From positions 1 through 64,000 of IMG/VR virus record IMGVR_UViG_3300032236_001613: DNA of 64,000 nucleotides; one strand, written 5' to 3'. Positions 1-10,062 of the stretch are shown in pieces. Every line of letters begins with the position of its first letter. The first letter of the stretch is position 1. The notes under the pieces were generated by a model. That model was given only the letters and a program-made list of their open reading frames with translations, did no database searches and was not told the origin of the DNA. The position numbers were made by a program, and so were the translations under genes.

Positions 1-350
1 AATTGGTTATACCGGTAGTATCGGATATTATGGGTCAATTGGTTATACCGGTAGTATCGGATATTATGGTTCAATTGGTTATTACGGATCGATCGGTTAT
101 ACCGGATCGGCAAGTAGTGTAATTGGTTACACTGGTAGCATCGGTTATTATGGTAGCAGAGGGTACTCTGGTAGTATTGGTTACACCGGATCAATTGGGT
201 ACTATGGTTCAATTGGTTATACTGGTTCGGCAAGTAGTGTAATTGGTTATACCGGTAGTATTGGCTATTATGGTTCAACTGGTTACACTGGTAGTATTGG
301 TTATACCGGATCAATTGGTTACTATGGTTCAATTGGTTATACTGGTAGTC
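1..350 (+). repeat. 18-bp-unit tandem coding repeat (GGT TAY ACY/TAY GGN TCN ATT)
   Basis: Directly visible hexapeptide repeat; related tracts at about 2020-2220, 2570-2740 and 5640-5890. Confidence 0.9.
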
Positions 351-736
351 AAGGGCCTGCCGGTAGTTTAGGTACAGCAACTTTTGCTGTTATAACTGGA
401 ACTAGTGCTAATGCTAACTATTACTTGATTTTTGCTAGTACAAATTCTGGTACAGTAGCATTAATGAGCGATCTTAGTAGTAGCTTATTTTACAATCCTA
501 ATTCTAGCATACTTACAGTTCCTAATATAACTGGAACAACTAGTATAGTTGTTACTGGTGCAACGTCTTCAACATCAACTACAACCGGTTCTCTTCAGGT
601 TAAAGGCGGAGCTGGCATAGGAGACAGTGTTTACGTAGGCAACAGAGTAGGTTGGGTCAATCCCTCAACAAACGTTAGTGCATTCTACACTTATTATAAT
701 TCAGTAACTAATAGTTTAGATACTATATTTGGATAA
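2..736 (+). CDS. tail fibre protein with collagen-like (G-Y-x-G-S-x)n repeats, 5'-truncated by window edge
   Basis: Frame open from base 2 (IGYTGSIGYYGS...), continuous with track ORF 425..736; C-terminus (TTTGSLQVKGGAGIG...TNSLDTIFG) paralogous to 1704..3794. Confidence 0.8.
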   Translation: MGYTGSIGYYGSIGYTGSIGYYGSIGYYGSIGYTGSASSVIGYTGSIGYYGSRGYSGSIGYTGSIGYYGSIGYTGSASSVIGYTGSIGYYGSTGYTGSIGYTGSIGYYGSIGYTGSQGPAGSLGTATFAVITGTSANANYYLIFASTNSGTVALMSDLSSSLFYNPNSSILTVPNITGTTSIVVTGATSSTSTTTGSLQVKGGAGIGDSVYVGNRVGWVNPSTNVSAFYTYYNSVTNSLDTIFG

Positions 737-739
737 CAA

Positions 740-1684
740 ATGGGTACAGCTACTAGATTAACAAATACCGGAACATTATTCATAAGTGGTAAACTCGATG
801 AAGTGACCGGAATGACAGTTAGCTCAGGTCTATTATTAAACTTAGATGCTTCTCAAGTAGCCGGCATTCCTAAAAATACCTTAACTTGGACCGACATTGG
901 TCCTAAAAGATATGATCTATCTTTTACCACTAGTACTCAATATTCAACTACAAATTCAGGATACTATACATTTAATGGATCAAGTTATGCAAATGCTAGT
1001 GTAGACTTTGCCGATAATCCTAGTGAAATAACAGTAGCAGGGTGGATCTACACTGCAAATATTGGAGTCGCTGAAGTTATTGCAGCAAAATGTCCGAATT
1101 TAGATAACGGAACTGGGTGGGCATTATTTTTCTTTAACCCGACTGCAGGTACAACAAACAATCCTAATGCAAATCAACCTAGTTTTTTTACTCAACAAGG
1201 TACCACTGCTTATAACCAATATTTTGGTATATCCCCTACAGTAACCGCTAACGTATGGCATTATGTTGCTGCAACGTTAACTGGTGGATTAAATGGAACA
1301 ATAACATTATACCTCGATGGCGTGTCTATGACTCTATCTAATGGTAGTCTAGGAACTGTAACGTCTGCTTCTACTAGTACTAAAGTTACTGTAGGTGGTA
1401 TACTTACACAACCACAATATACATTCCTCGGTAATATTGCTGATGTACAAATCTACAATCGCGCACTTTCCGCTGCAGAAATTCTAAACAATTACAATGC
1501 TAAAGCCTCTCTCTTTGGGCTAACTCCTACGAAGACTACGCCTATAATGCGTGCCAGTACTAATACCTTATATATAAACAGATTAGATGAAAGAAGCTTA
1601 ATTGGTAACAGTACCGGTACAGTGCAGAGATTATTATCCACCGGAACACTTCAAGTAAGAAGGTTAGTAGAAACTACCTTATAA
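740..1684 (+). CDS. LamG/concanavalin A-like lectin domain tail-associated protein
   Basis: LLLNLDAS, ITVAGWIY, WHYVAATL..LYLDG, GNIADVQIYNRALSAAEILNNYNA are LamG_3 signatures. Confidence 0.85.
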   Translation: MGTATRLTNTGTLFISGKLDEVTGMTVSSGLLLNLDASQVAGIPKNTLTWTDIGPKRYDLSFTTSTQYSTTNSGYYTFNGSSYANASVDFADNPSEITVAGWIYTANIGVAEVIAAKCPNLDNGTGWALFFFNPTAGTTNNPNANQPSFFTQQGTTAYNQYFGISPTVTANVWHYVAATLTGGLNGTITLYLDGVSMTLSNGSLGTVTSASTSTKVTVGGILTQPQYTFLGNIADVQIYNRALSAAEILNNYNAKASLFGLTPTKTTPIMRASTNTLYINRLDERSLIGNSTGTVQRLLSTGTLQVRRLVETTL

Positions 1685-1703
1685 CATGGTATAAATATAG
1701 AAT

Positions 1704-3794
1704 ATGGCATATTTAAGCGACAACACAATAGTTTACGGTTCGGCAACAATATTAGGAAGCCTTGTAGTAAACGGCTCAGGAATTTTACCAGTTGATTCTG
1801 CTGGTAGTGTTCAAATTAGCAGCTCTGCAAGCACTACCTCTACCAACTCCGGTGCGTTAACTATTGTAGGCGGAGTAGGTATTGGCGGAGGATTATATGT
1901 TGGTGGAGTTATTACTGCTAGCAATATTGTTGTAACTCTTAATCCTGATAATGTTAATACTACTTGGGCAGTATACTACAATCCTACAACAAAAGCATTA
2001 ACTACCGCTAGTACATTTGTCGGATATTATGGTTCGGTTGGTTATATCGGCAGCAGAGGTTATACCGGCTCAATTGGATATACAGGTAGTATTGGTTATT
2101 ACGGTTCAATTGGATATACAGGTAGTATTGGTTATTACGGTTCAATTGGTTACACTGGTTCGGCAAGTACTGTAACTGGGTATACTGGATCAAGTGGCTA
2201 TATAGGTAGCCAAGGTGATAAAGGTGGTATGAGATATTCGTTTGATACCACGCTCGGCGGCACTCCTACTAACGGTTATATTAGATTTAGTGCAAATTCA
2301 AATCCAGGAATGCAACCGGGAATTATCTATATTAGTGCAGTTGATGTTAATGGACTTAGTTACACCGGAGTTATTCCCACCTGGGGATTAAGAACACAAT
2401 TATTACTTAAAAGTAATTCGAACTTATCGACTACAACAGTAGTACTTTCTATACAGAGCGGTATAACAACAGTAGGATCTACTCATTATACTGCAACTGT
2501 ATCTCTTTTATCAGGCGCTGTTCCGTCAACTAATGAACAACTTGTAGTTGATTATTACTTAGGTGGATTAATTGGCTATACTGGAAGTATTGGATACACT
2601 GGATCGATTGGTTATACTGGCAGTATTGGCTATTATGGATCAATTGGTTATACCGGTAGTATCGGATATTATGGGTCAATTGGTTATACCGGCAGTGTCG
2701 GATATTATGGTTCGATTGGTTATGTTGGTAGTCAAGGTCCTGCTGGAAGTTTAGGAACCTCTACATTTGCTATTATAACCGGAACTAGTGCTAATGCTAG
2801 TTATTCCATAATTTTTGCTAGTACAAGTTCTGGTACAGTAGCGTTAATGGGTGACAATGGTAATAATATAACTTACAATCCTTCCACCGATACACTTACT
2901 GTTCCTAATATAACCAGCACAAGTAGTATAGTTATTACAGGCATTGGTACATCAAATAGTACCAATACTGGCGCATTACAAGTTACCGGCGGTACAGGTA
3001 TCGGTGGTAACTTATATGTAGGCGGAAATATTGTTCAACCACTAAGCAATTCATATATTGCTTTTGGTACTACAATTAATGCACAGGCTGGTGCCAACTC
3101 ACAAGGATCTACCACAGTACCTAACTCAGTTGTACAATATACAACAGTCAGTGCTAGTTCTGCTACAACTCTTCCGATTGCAAATACCGGAACTTTAATA
3201 TTCATTGCAAACGATAATACTACTAATGCAATATCAGTATATCCTCCTTCCGGAGGAATTATTGATCAAGGTGCTGCAAATGCCGCAATATCTGTTCCGG
3301 CATTAGGAATGTGGGCAGGTGTAGCGTTAAGCACCATAAATTGGACTTCGTTTGTACCTTCACTGCAAGGAACTACAAATCAGCTTATTGTAACACAAGG
3401 AAACGGTGTAACAACGTTTAGTTTATCCCCGACTATTAGCACAACTGGTACAATTAGTATAACAAGCACTGCGAGTTCAATATCGAGTACAACAGGTGCT
3501 CTAGTTGTCACAGGAGGAGTAGGTATTGGCGGTAGTGTAAATATCGCAGGCACGTTAACTGTAGGGTCTAGTAACATTTTACTACAAGACCAAACTGGTA
3601 ATGTTAAAGTTACTGGTACAACTAATTCTACAAACACCACAACCGGTGCATTACAGGTAGTTGGCGGTGCCGGAATTGGTGGCAACATTTATACCGGCGG
3701 TCGTGTAGGATTTGTTAATCCTACTACTAATGCCAGCGCGGTATATATGAATTATAATACTGCTACTAATAGTTTAGACTTTTTATTCGGATAA
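1704..3794 (+). CDS. tail fibre protein with collagen-like repeats and TGAL(Q/V)VxGGxGIGG modules
   Basis: Two GYTGSI tracts, four STxTGALxVxGGVGIGG repeats, late promoter TATAAATA at 1690. Confidence 0.8.
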   Translation: MAYLSDNTIVYGSATILGSLVVNGSGILPVDSAGSVQISSSASTTSTNSGALTIVGGVGIGGGLYVGGVITASNIVVTLNPDNVNTTWAVYYNPTTKALTTASTFVGYYGSVGYIGSRGYTGSIGYTGSIGYYGSIGYTGSIGYYGSIGYTGSASTVTGYTGSSGYIGSQGDKGGMRYSFDTTLGGTPTNGYIRFSANSNPGMQPGIIYISAVDVNGLSYTGVIPTWGLRTQLLLKSNSNLSTTTVVLSIQSGITTVGSTHYTATVSLLSGAVPSTNEQLVVDYYLGGLIGYTGSIGYTGSIGYTGSIGYYGSIGYTGSIGYYGSIGYTGSVGYYGSIGYVGSQGPAGSLGTSTFAIITGTSANASYSIIFASTSSGTVALMGDNGNNITYNPSTDTLTVPNITSTSSIVITGIGTSNSTNTGALQVTGGTGIGGNLYVGGNIVQPLSNSYIAFGTTINAQAGANSQGSTTVPNSVVQYTTVSASSATTLPIANTGTLIFIANDNTTNAISVYPPSGGIIDQGAANAAISVPALGMWAGVALSTINWTSFVPSLQGTTNQLIVTQGNGVTTFSLSPTISTTGTISITSTASSISSTTGALVVTGGVGIGGSVNIAGTLTVGSSNILLQDQTGNVKVTGTTNSTNTTTGALQVVGGAGIGGNIYTGGRVGFVNPTTNASAVYMNYNTATNSLDFLFG

Positions 3795-3809
3795 TAGGAT
3801 TAATATATA

Positions 3810-5447
3810 ATGCCAGCAGTTGTTTTTACTAGCGTTTCGACTACATCGTGGACAGTACCTAATAATGTTTCTTCAATTACTATCGAAGCAATAGGCGGTG
3901 GCGGCGGTGGCGGAAATTGTACTTGCAACGGTCAAGGTGGTATTGGCGGAAATTACGCTAAAACTACTCTATCAGTTACCCCGGGATCGACCGTTTACAT
4001 CAAAGCCGGAAATAGTGCAAACCCTCAATCATCAGCTGGGGGTACTGCTGCTACTTCTGGAAACGATTCTTGGGCAAATACTGCAACTAGTACGCCGCCT
4101 ACTACTAGCACTACCGGTGTTTTAGCAAGAGGTGGCGGTAGCGTCAGCTCTTCTATTTACAAATGTATTACTTATTCAGGCGGAATTGGAGGATCTGCGA
4201 GCAGCTGCACCGGAGGTGGCGGTGGTGGAGCTGCAGGCCCTTTAGGTCCAGGAGGAAACGCTTGTAACACTAATCATGCCGGCGGAGGCGGCGGTAATGG
4301 TATTACAGGAGGTGGTGGCGCTAGCGGAATATCAGGAAGTACTGTTCCTTATTCTCCCTGGGGAGCATCTTACGGTCCGGGTAGTGGTGGTGGTGGAAAT
4401 GGTGGAAATGGAGGATTATACGGCGGCGGTGGCGCTAATCAAGCAACTGGTGCTCAAGGTATTGTTGTTATTTCCTATACTGGTATTTTAGGTAGATTAA
4501 CCAATACCGGAACATTATTGGTCAACGGTAGTTTTGATGAAATTACTAAAACTTCTACCAGCATGGATAGCACTACAATTTACGCCCCGAATACCGGAGG
4601 GTTTGACGAAGTTAGCGGAATGATCCTCAACGATAATAATTTATTATTAGATTTGAATGCTAATATTAATAGATACTACGTATCTAAAGATGCTACAACT
4701 ATATGGAATGATATTAGCAATAATCATTATAATTATACACCGTCGGCAGGTAATCCGCAATTTACTACTACTGGATCCATTGGTTATTATACATATAACG
4801 GAACTACCCAATATCATACAGTTAATAAGAATTTTGCTGACAATTTATCTAATATGACTGTAAGTGCGTGGGTTAGAAACAATCTTGGTGCAGCACAATT
4901 TAAAGTAATTGTAGGTAAAGGGTGGAACGGCACTCCTGGTACTGCGGGTTGGTTTTTAGGTGGAAATACCGGAAATATTGGTGGAACAACTGGAAATCCA
5001 AATTTCTATTTTCTTGTGCAAGATGCCGGAGGAGTACATTATAATCTAATAGCATCGCCTATTTTACCTAATTTTTCTGCATCAACATGGAGTCATGTAG
5101 TAGCTACACTCAGTGGCAGCGCAACCGGCACAATAGCATTATATTATAACGGGTTGCCGGTCGCTTCTGCTTTTGATGGATCCTCTAACAAAAATCTAAT
5201 AACTAGCTATAGCACAGGTAGTTTTGTTAGTGTCGCAAACGATAATTTATCAGAATTTTGGACAGGTGATATATCACAAGTTCAAATTTATAATCGTACA
5301 CTTAGTGCTACAGAAATTTTAACTAATTATAATTTTGATGCTGCAAAATATGGATTATCCCCTGTATCTACAGCAACTAGCTTAAGACTAACAACTTCAA
5401 CTACTTACATTGGTAATATATTTGATGAGGTTACAGGAGCTGTTTAA
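3810..5447 (+). CDS. Gly-rich adhesin N-domain fused to LamG domain
   Basis: WTVP..V.SITIEAIGGGGGGG...GAQGIVVISY glycine-rich domain, followed by LamG motifs (WSHVVATL, GDISQVQIYNRTLSATEI). Confidence 0.8.
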   Translation: MPAVVFTSVSTTSWTVPNNVSSITIEAIGGGGGGGNCTCNGQGGIGGNYAKTTLSVTPGSTVYIKAGNSANPQSSAGGTAATSGNDSWANTATSTPPTTSTTGVLARGGGSVSSSIYKCITYSGGIGGSASSCTGGGGGGAAGPLGPGGNACNTNHAGGGGGNGITGGGGASGISGSTVPYSPWGASYGPGSGGGGNGGNGGLYGGGGANQATGAQGIVVISYTGILGRLTNTGTLLVNGSFDEITKTSTSMDSTTIYAPNTGGFDEVSGMILNDNNLLLDLNANINRYYVSKDATTIWNDISNNHYNYTPSAGNPQFTTTGSIGYYTYNGTTQYHTVNKNFADNLSNMTVSAWVRNNLGAAQFKVIVGKGWNGTPGTAGWFLGGNTGNIGGTTGNPNFYFLVQDAGGVHYNLIASPILPNFSASTWSHVVATLSGSATGTIALYYNGLPVASAFDGSSNKNLITSYSTGSFVSVANDNLSEFWTGDISQVQIYNRTLSATEILTNYNFDAAKYGLSPVSTATSLRLTTSTTYIGNIFDEVTGAV

Positions 5448-5467
5448 ACTAGGATAAATATTAAACT

Positions 5468-8245
5468 ATGGCAAAACTACTCGGCGGAACAACAATTTAC
5501 GGTACAGCAACAGTTCAATCAACACTGTATGCCTCTGGAACTACATCGGCTACTAGCACATTAACCGGTGCACTAGTAGTCACAGGCGGCGTTGGTATTG
5601 GCGGAAATTTATATGTTGGCGGCAATATTGTAGGTAACGTTGTTGGGTATGCCGGTAGTATTGGGTATGTTGGTTCTAGAGGTTATACTGGTTCAGTAGG
5701 TTATACTGGTTCAGTAGGTTATACTGGATCAATTGGTTACACTGGTAGTGCAAGTACTGTTATAGGATATACTGGATCAGTAGGTTATACTGGTTCAGTA
5801 GGTTATACTGGTTCAGTAGGTTATACTGGATCAATTGGTTACACTGGTAGTGCAAGTACTGTTATAGGATATACTGGTAGTGCAGGTAGCAACGTAGCAA
5901 CAACAACCGCAACATATGTTATCATTACTGGTACTAATGTTAATGCTAATTTAAATTTATTACTTGCTAGTACTTCATCAGGAACTGTACTTGTAGTAGC
6001 AGACTCTAATAGTGGTATTACATATAACCCTAGTACTCGTCAATTATTAGTTACAAATATTGCAGCACCGTCTGCGACATCAGGGAACGGCAGTACTATT
6101 TCTATTGTTGCAGGCGCAGGCGCTACCGGTGCTAATCGAGGCGGTACCGCTACAATTGCCGGTGGTACTGCAGGATCAACTGGTATTGGTGGTGATCTTA
6201 TTCTACGTGGAGGTGGCGGTTCGAATGCCAATTCCGGAGGGTTGATAAGATTACAATTGGCTACAGCAACAAATACATTCTTTTCTTTCATGGAAGCCAC
6301 CGGCGGCACTTCGTTTACTGCCGTGCAAATGCTTAATAATAGCTTTTTTTCACTTACTCCGGCAGTTATCAGTGCAGCAGGAACTACAATAGGCACAGCA
6401 GCATTAATGCCTGGACAGTATGTTATCGTAAATTCTTCAACAGTTGGAACAAGTGTTGGAGTTCTATTGCCAAATCTTGGTTACAACGGTGCAATGTTTA
6501 CGATTTTTAATAAAAGTTCTAATGCTATTTCTATATTTCCTCCTGGGGCCGGGATACAAATCGATTCGTTAGGTGCAGGAAACCCACTTTCTCTCGCAGC
6601 TGGGGCTCAATTACTAATTGGAACCTCAGATAATGCAAACCAATATTATTCTATCTATAATAGCGGGGTTGGCAGTCCTGCATCATTAACTATAAACAGT
6701 AGTGCCATCAGCGGCGGAACATCTGGAAGATTACTATACGACAACGCCGGCACAGCAGGCGAAACAATCGGATTAGTTTGGTCTACATCAACTGGAGTTC
6801 AAAACTTAACATTAGGTTCTTCTAGTACAGATAGATCTAATATAATAGGAATTAGTACTCTTACTGTTAGCGTTACCAATACCGGCGCCTTAATATTAGG
6901 TAACTCTGTCTCGACTAATTTGGTCGGATCATCGGTGTATATTTACGGACAGCCTACAGGCGGTGGTGGTGCTGCCGGCAGCGTTACTATACAAGCCGGA
7001 ACGTCAGTTGTCGGTGCTGGTGGCATTTTAAACTTTGCTGCTGCTGGACCGACTTCAAGTGGCGGTGGTGGGTTTTATCTTAGTATGCCTTACGGAGCTA
7101 CTAGTAGTACCGTACAAATACTTGGTGGTATTGCAGGAAACACTGGAAATATTTACTTAACTGGGTTTAATTCTACCGTCGGCGCCCAACCGCCGGGATC
7201 GATATTCCTTACCGGTGGTAATCAACTAGCTGGTGGTGCTAACGGCGGATCTATTACTCTTACCGGTGGTAATCAACTAGCTGGTGGTGCTAACGGCGGA
7301 TCTATTACTCTTGTAGGTGGTGTTAGTACTGCATCTAATGCTGGCGGATCTATTAATTTTAACGTTGCATCAACAGCAAACTCCGCAGTAGTTCAAACTA
7401 AGATGACGGTGTCGCCTGCTATTAATGGAGTACAACTACAAAATAACGCATTATTATACTTTACTAATAATACAAACATTACTGCTACTGGTACTACACT
7501 AGCCACAGCATTTACATTAACTAATCAATATAATATTGTTACTTTCACATATCCGGGTGGTTCTGGTGTGTCGTTACCAACACCGGGAGCAGCTGGAACA
7601 GATATTACTATTATTAATAAAGGTACTAACAGCCTTAGTGTTTATCCAAACTCCGCTAGCGCATCAATAGATAGCGGTGCAGCAGGTGCTGCAATTACAT
7701 TAACAGCAGGAAGCCAATTAATAGTTGTATCATCATCTACTTCGCAATGGAGTACAGTTCTCAACACTGGTAACTTAGGCGGTGGTACACCTACACAGGT
7801 AAATGCTACTTCTGCAACTACAACAGGTACTTACTATATTCTTGGTGCTAGTACTTGGGGCACTGCAGCAACTATTACTATCACTACTACTTCTAAAGCA
7901 GTATCTTTCAACCCTGCAAACGGAATAGTTCAAGCAATTGACTTTATTGCAACATCGGATGCAAGATACAAGGATGTTACTGGCAAGTTAGAAAATGCTG
8001 TTAATTCTATTAAAAAACTTAACGGTGTTAAGTATCTTTGGAACGATCTAGCTAGACAGCGCAAAGGGGTATCCACTAGCGAAAGCCAAGTAGGTCTCAT
8101 TGCACAAGATGTGCAAATAGTATTACCAGAAGCAGTCGGTGGCGAACCTGATGACCTAGGAGTTAAATACGATAAAATAGTTCCGTTATTAGTTGAGGCT
8201 ATCAAGGAACTAGCAGAACGTATAGACAGGTTAGAAAAGAGATGA
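5468..8245 (+). CDS. long tail fibre with C-terminal peptidase S74 intramolecular chaperone
   Basis: C-terminal TSDARYKD...LNGVKYLWN...GLIAQDVQ.VLPEAV...VKYDKIVPLLVEAIKEL is the S74 autocleaving chaperone pattern. Confidence 0.88.
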   Translation: MAKLLGGTTIYGTATVQSTLYASGTTSATSTLTGALVVTGGVGIGGNLYVGGNIVGNVVGYAGSIGYVGSRGYTGSVGYTGSVGYTGSIGYTGSASTVIGYTGSVGYTGSVGYTGSVGYTGSIGYTGSASTVIGYTGSAGSNVATTTATYVIITGTNVNANLNLLLASTSSGTVLVVADSNSGITYNPSTRQLLVTNIAAPSATSGNGSTISIVAGAGATGANRGGTATIAGGTAGSTGIGGDLILRGGGGSNANSGGLIRLQLATATNTFFSFMEATGGTSFTAVQMLNNSFFSLTPAVISAAGTTIGTAALMPGQYVIVNSSTVGTSVGVLLPNLGYNGAMFTIFNKSSNAISIFPPGAGIQIDSLGAGNPLSLAAGAQLLIGTSDNANQYYSIYNSGVGSPASLTINSSAISGGTSGRLLYDNAGTAGETIGLVWSTSTGVQNLTLGSSSTDRSNIIGISTLTVSVTNTGALILGNSVSTNLVGSSVYIYGQPTGGGGAAGSVTIQAGTSVVGAGGILNFAAAGPTSSGGGGFYLSMPYGATSSTVQILGGIAGNTGNIYLTGFNSTVGAQPPGSIFLTGGNQLAGGANGGSITLTGGNQLAGGANGGSITLVGGVSTASNAGGSINFNVASTANSAVVQTKMTVSPAINGVQLQNNALLYFTNNTNITATGTTLATAFTLTNQYNIVTFTYPGGSGVSLPTPGAAGTDITIINKGTNSLSVYPNSASASIDSGAAGAAITLTAGSQLIVVSSSTSQWSTVLNTGNLGGGTPTQVNATSATTTGTYYILGASTWGTAATITITTTSKAVSFNPANGIVQAIDFIATSDARYKDVTGKLENAVNSIKKLNGVKYLWNDLARQRKGVSTSESQVGLIAQDVQIVLPEAVGGEPDDLGVKYDKIVPLLVEAIKELAERIDRLEKR
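7208..7312 (+). repeat. exact 51-bp in-frame tandem duplication (LTGGNQLAGGANGGSIT x2)
   Basis: Identical sequence at 7208-7258 and 7259-7309. Confidence 0.95.
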
Positions 8246-9051
8246 CAATTTCAACAACCTCTGTATCTTTACTTGCAATACAAGCGGAGTTTGGAGTATT
8301 TGGTGCAACTTCCGCTAGCAACCTATTAGCATATCAGAGATCCGCAACTACAGCATCTGGATTTTATGTAGGACCCACTCCTTATACTACTCCAATATCA
8401 ACAACTGGTCCTTTATCATTGTTTAGTTTTGGTGGAACCAGTAATAATGCTAGTACTCCTTGGGCTACAACAGCTACATCTACTGGTACCGGTACAGTTA
8501 TTATTCCTCCAGAAACTCGGTCTATTGTTATAGAAGTATGGGGAGGCGGTGGTGCGGGAGGACGAGCAAGGCTTGTTGCACCGGCTGGTTCAGGCGGTGG
8601 TGGTGGCGGTGCGGGAGCATACGCAGTGTATACTGCCACAATACCAACTCCATACTATAATTATTGGGGACAGACATTTAGCTACACAGTAGGTACAGGA
8701 GGATCAAATAGTACTACTCCTACCTCAGGCACAACATCTTCTGTTAGCTCAGGAACATACATTTCTTTCATTAAATTAAACGCCGGCGGAGGCGGGGTCG
8801 GATGTGGTGGCACTACATGTTGCACCCCAGGCGGAGCAGGTGGAACATTCAGTGGTGGCCCTGCAGGTAGTACAGGAACTGTCGGTGGACCCGGTGGGTG
8901 TGGTCGACCAGGAGTTGCCGGTGCAGCAGGTGCAAGTAGTCCGGCATTATCACCAACAGTAGCGTTTGGTGGAGCAGGTGCTCCAGCGTCTCCAATTGGA
9001 GGGTTTGGTGGCCTAGGACAAAACGGAGCAGTAAGATTTACCTGGAAATAA
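8242..9051 (+). CDS. glycine-rich receptor-binding adhesin (gp38-like role)
   Basis: IQAEFG N-motif, IEVWGGGGAGG, G-rich loops, C-terminal GAVRFTWK; overlaps fibre stop. Confidence 0.7.
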   Translation: MTISTTSVSLLAIQAEFGVFGATSASNLLAYQRSATTASGFYVGPTPYTTPISTTGPLSLFSFGGTSNNASTPWATTATSTGTGTVIIPPETRSIVIEVWGGGGAGGRARLVAPAGSGGGGGGAGAYAVYTATIPTPYYNYWGQTFSYTVGTGGSNSTTPTSGTTSSVSSGTYISFIKLNAGGGGVGCGGTTCCTPGGAGGTFSGGPAGSTGTVGGPGGCGRPGVAGAAGASSPALSPTVAFGGAGAPASPIGGFGGLGQNGAVRFTWK

Positions 9052-9070
9052 TCAAAATATTTTCCACCTC

Positions 9071-9100
9071 TTGACTTAATCTTAAATACCTCTGTATAAT
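9071..9100 (+). promoter_or_regulatory. sigma70-type promoter with embedded late TAAATA
   Basis: TTGACT-18-TATAAT upstream of oxygenase genes. Confidence 0.65.
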
Positions 9101-9113
9101 AGATGTAAGGGGA

Positions 9114-9815
9114 ATGTTAATGAAACAAGAAACTGCCACAATCATTGGTGATGATCAAACGCAAGAAGAATTGCCAGCATTAGCTGAAATGGCTTACTTT
9201 CCATCGATGATTTATACCATGATGGCTGAAAACTTTTTAGATTCGGTATCTACAGTATCTGAAGAATATATTACCAAGGTTAAAGAAACTCGAGATTTAA
9301 ATGAAGTATATCCGGTATATATGACCGATAATTTTGCCGGCGACGAAAGAATAATTAATTTTGTACAATTTATTTCCCAAGTTGCTTGGGATATTTTAAA
9401 TCGACAAGGTTATGCAATGTCACAATATAATACTGTAACACACGAACTATGGTGTCAAGATCATCATAAATTTTCTGGAATGGATCAACATATTCACGGC
9501 AGTGGATGTCAAATATCAGGATTTTATTTTTTAAAATGTTACGAAGATGGTCCGAGAGTTGTAATTCATGATCCACGTGCAGCTAAAATGTATGCTGACT
9601 TGCCTGAACAAAATCCTTCCCTAGCTACAGTAGCTAGCCAAGCTATTAATTTTATGCCAGTTCCTGGGCAATTAATGTTTACAAATTCTTGGCTTCCTCA
9701 CTCATTTTCAAAAAATTCCTTAGAAGAATCTTTTAGATTTATACATTTTAATATTTCTCTTGTCTACAACCCTAATTATCAACCCTGCTCTTTTGAAGAA
9801 CCTACTATTATATGA
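9114..9815 (+). CDS. 2OG-Fe(II) oxygenase (TIGR02466-like)
   Basis: HxH (DQHIHG), ISGFYFL, DPR, LMFTNSWLPH, FIHFNI. Confidence 0.8.
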   Translation: MLMKQETATIIGDDQTQEELPALAEMAYFPSMIYTMMAENFLDSVSTVSEEYITKVKETRDLNEVYPVYMTDNFAGDERIINFVQFISQVAWDILNRQGYAMSQYNTVTHELWCQDHHKFSGMDQHIHGSGCQISGFYFLKCYEDGPRVVIHDPRAAKMYADLPEQNPSLATVASQAINFMPVPGQLMFTNSWLPHSFSKNSLEESFRFIHFNISLVYNPNYQPCSFEEPTII

Positions 9816-10060
9816 ACAAATATCTAATAAGATTTAATAAAACTAGAGGAAAGCCTGGTAGAGGATCTCCGGACCATGTCTGGAGAGTGTTTGAAAATGG
9901 AAAGGAATTTTTGTTTAAACACTTAAAAATTTCTGTACCCTGTTATGATGAAGTTAGTAAAGACGGCAATGGAAACGACGATTGGAATATCGGGTGTGAG
10001 GGATATATGACGATAGATCGCGAGACCTCTACGGCTATAATTACCGACTATAAGGAATAA
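9812..10060 (+). CDS. hypothetical protein
   Basis: Coupled ORF between the two oxygenases. Confidence 0.6.
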   Translation: MNKYLIRFNKTRGKPGRGSPDHVWRVFENGKEFLFKHLKISVPCYDEVSKDGNGNDDWNIGCEGYMTIDRETSTAIITDYKE

Positions 10061-10062
10061 AA

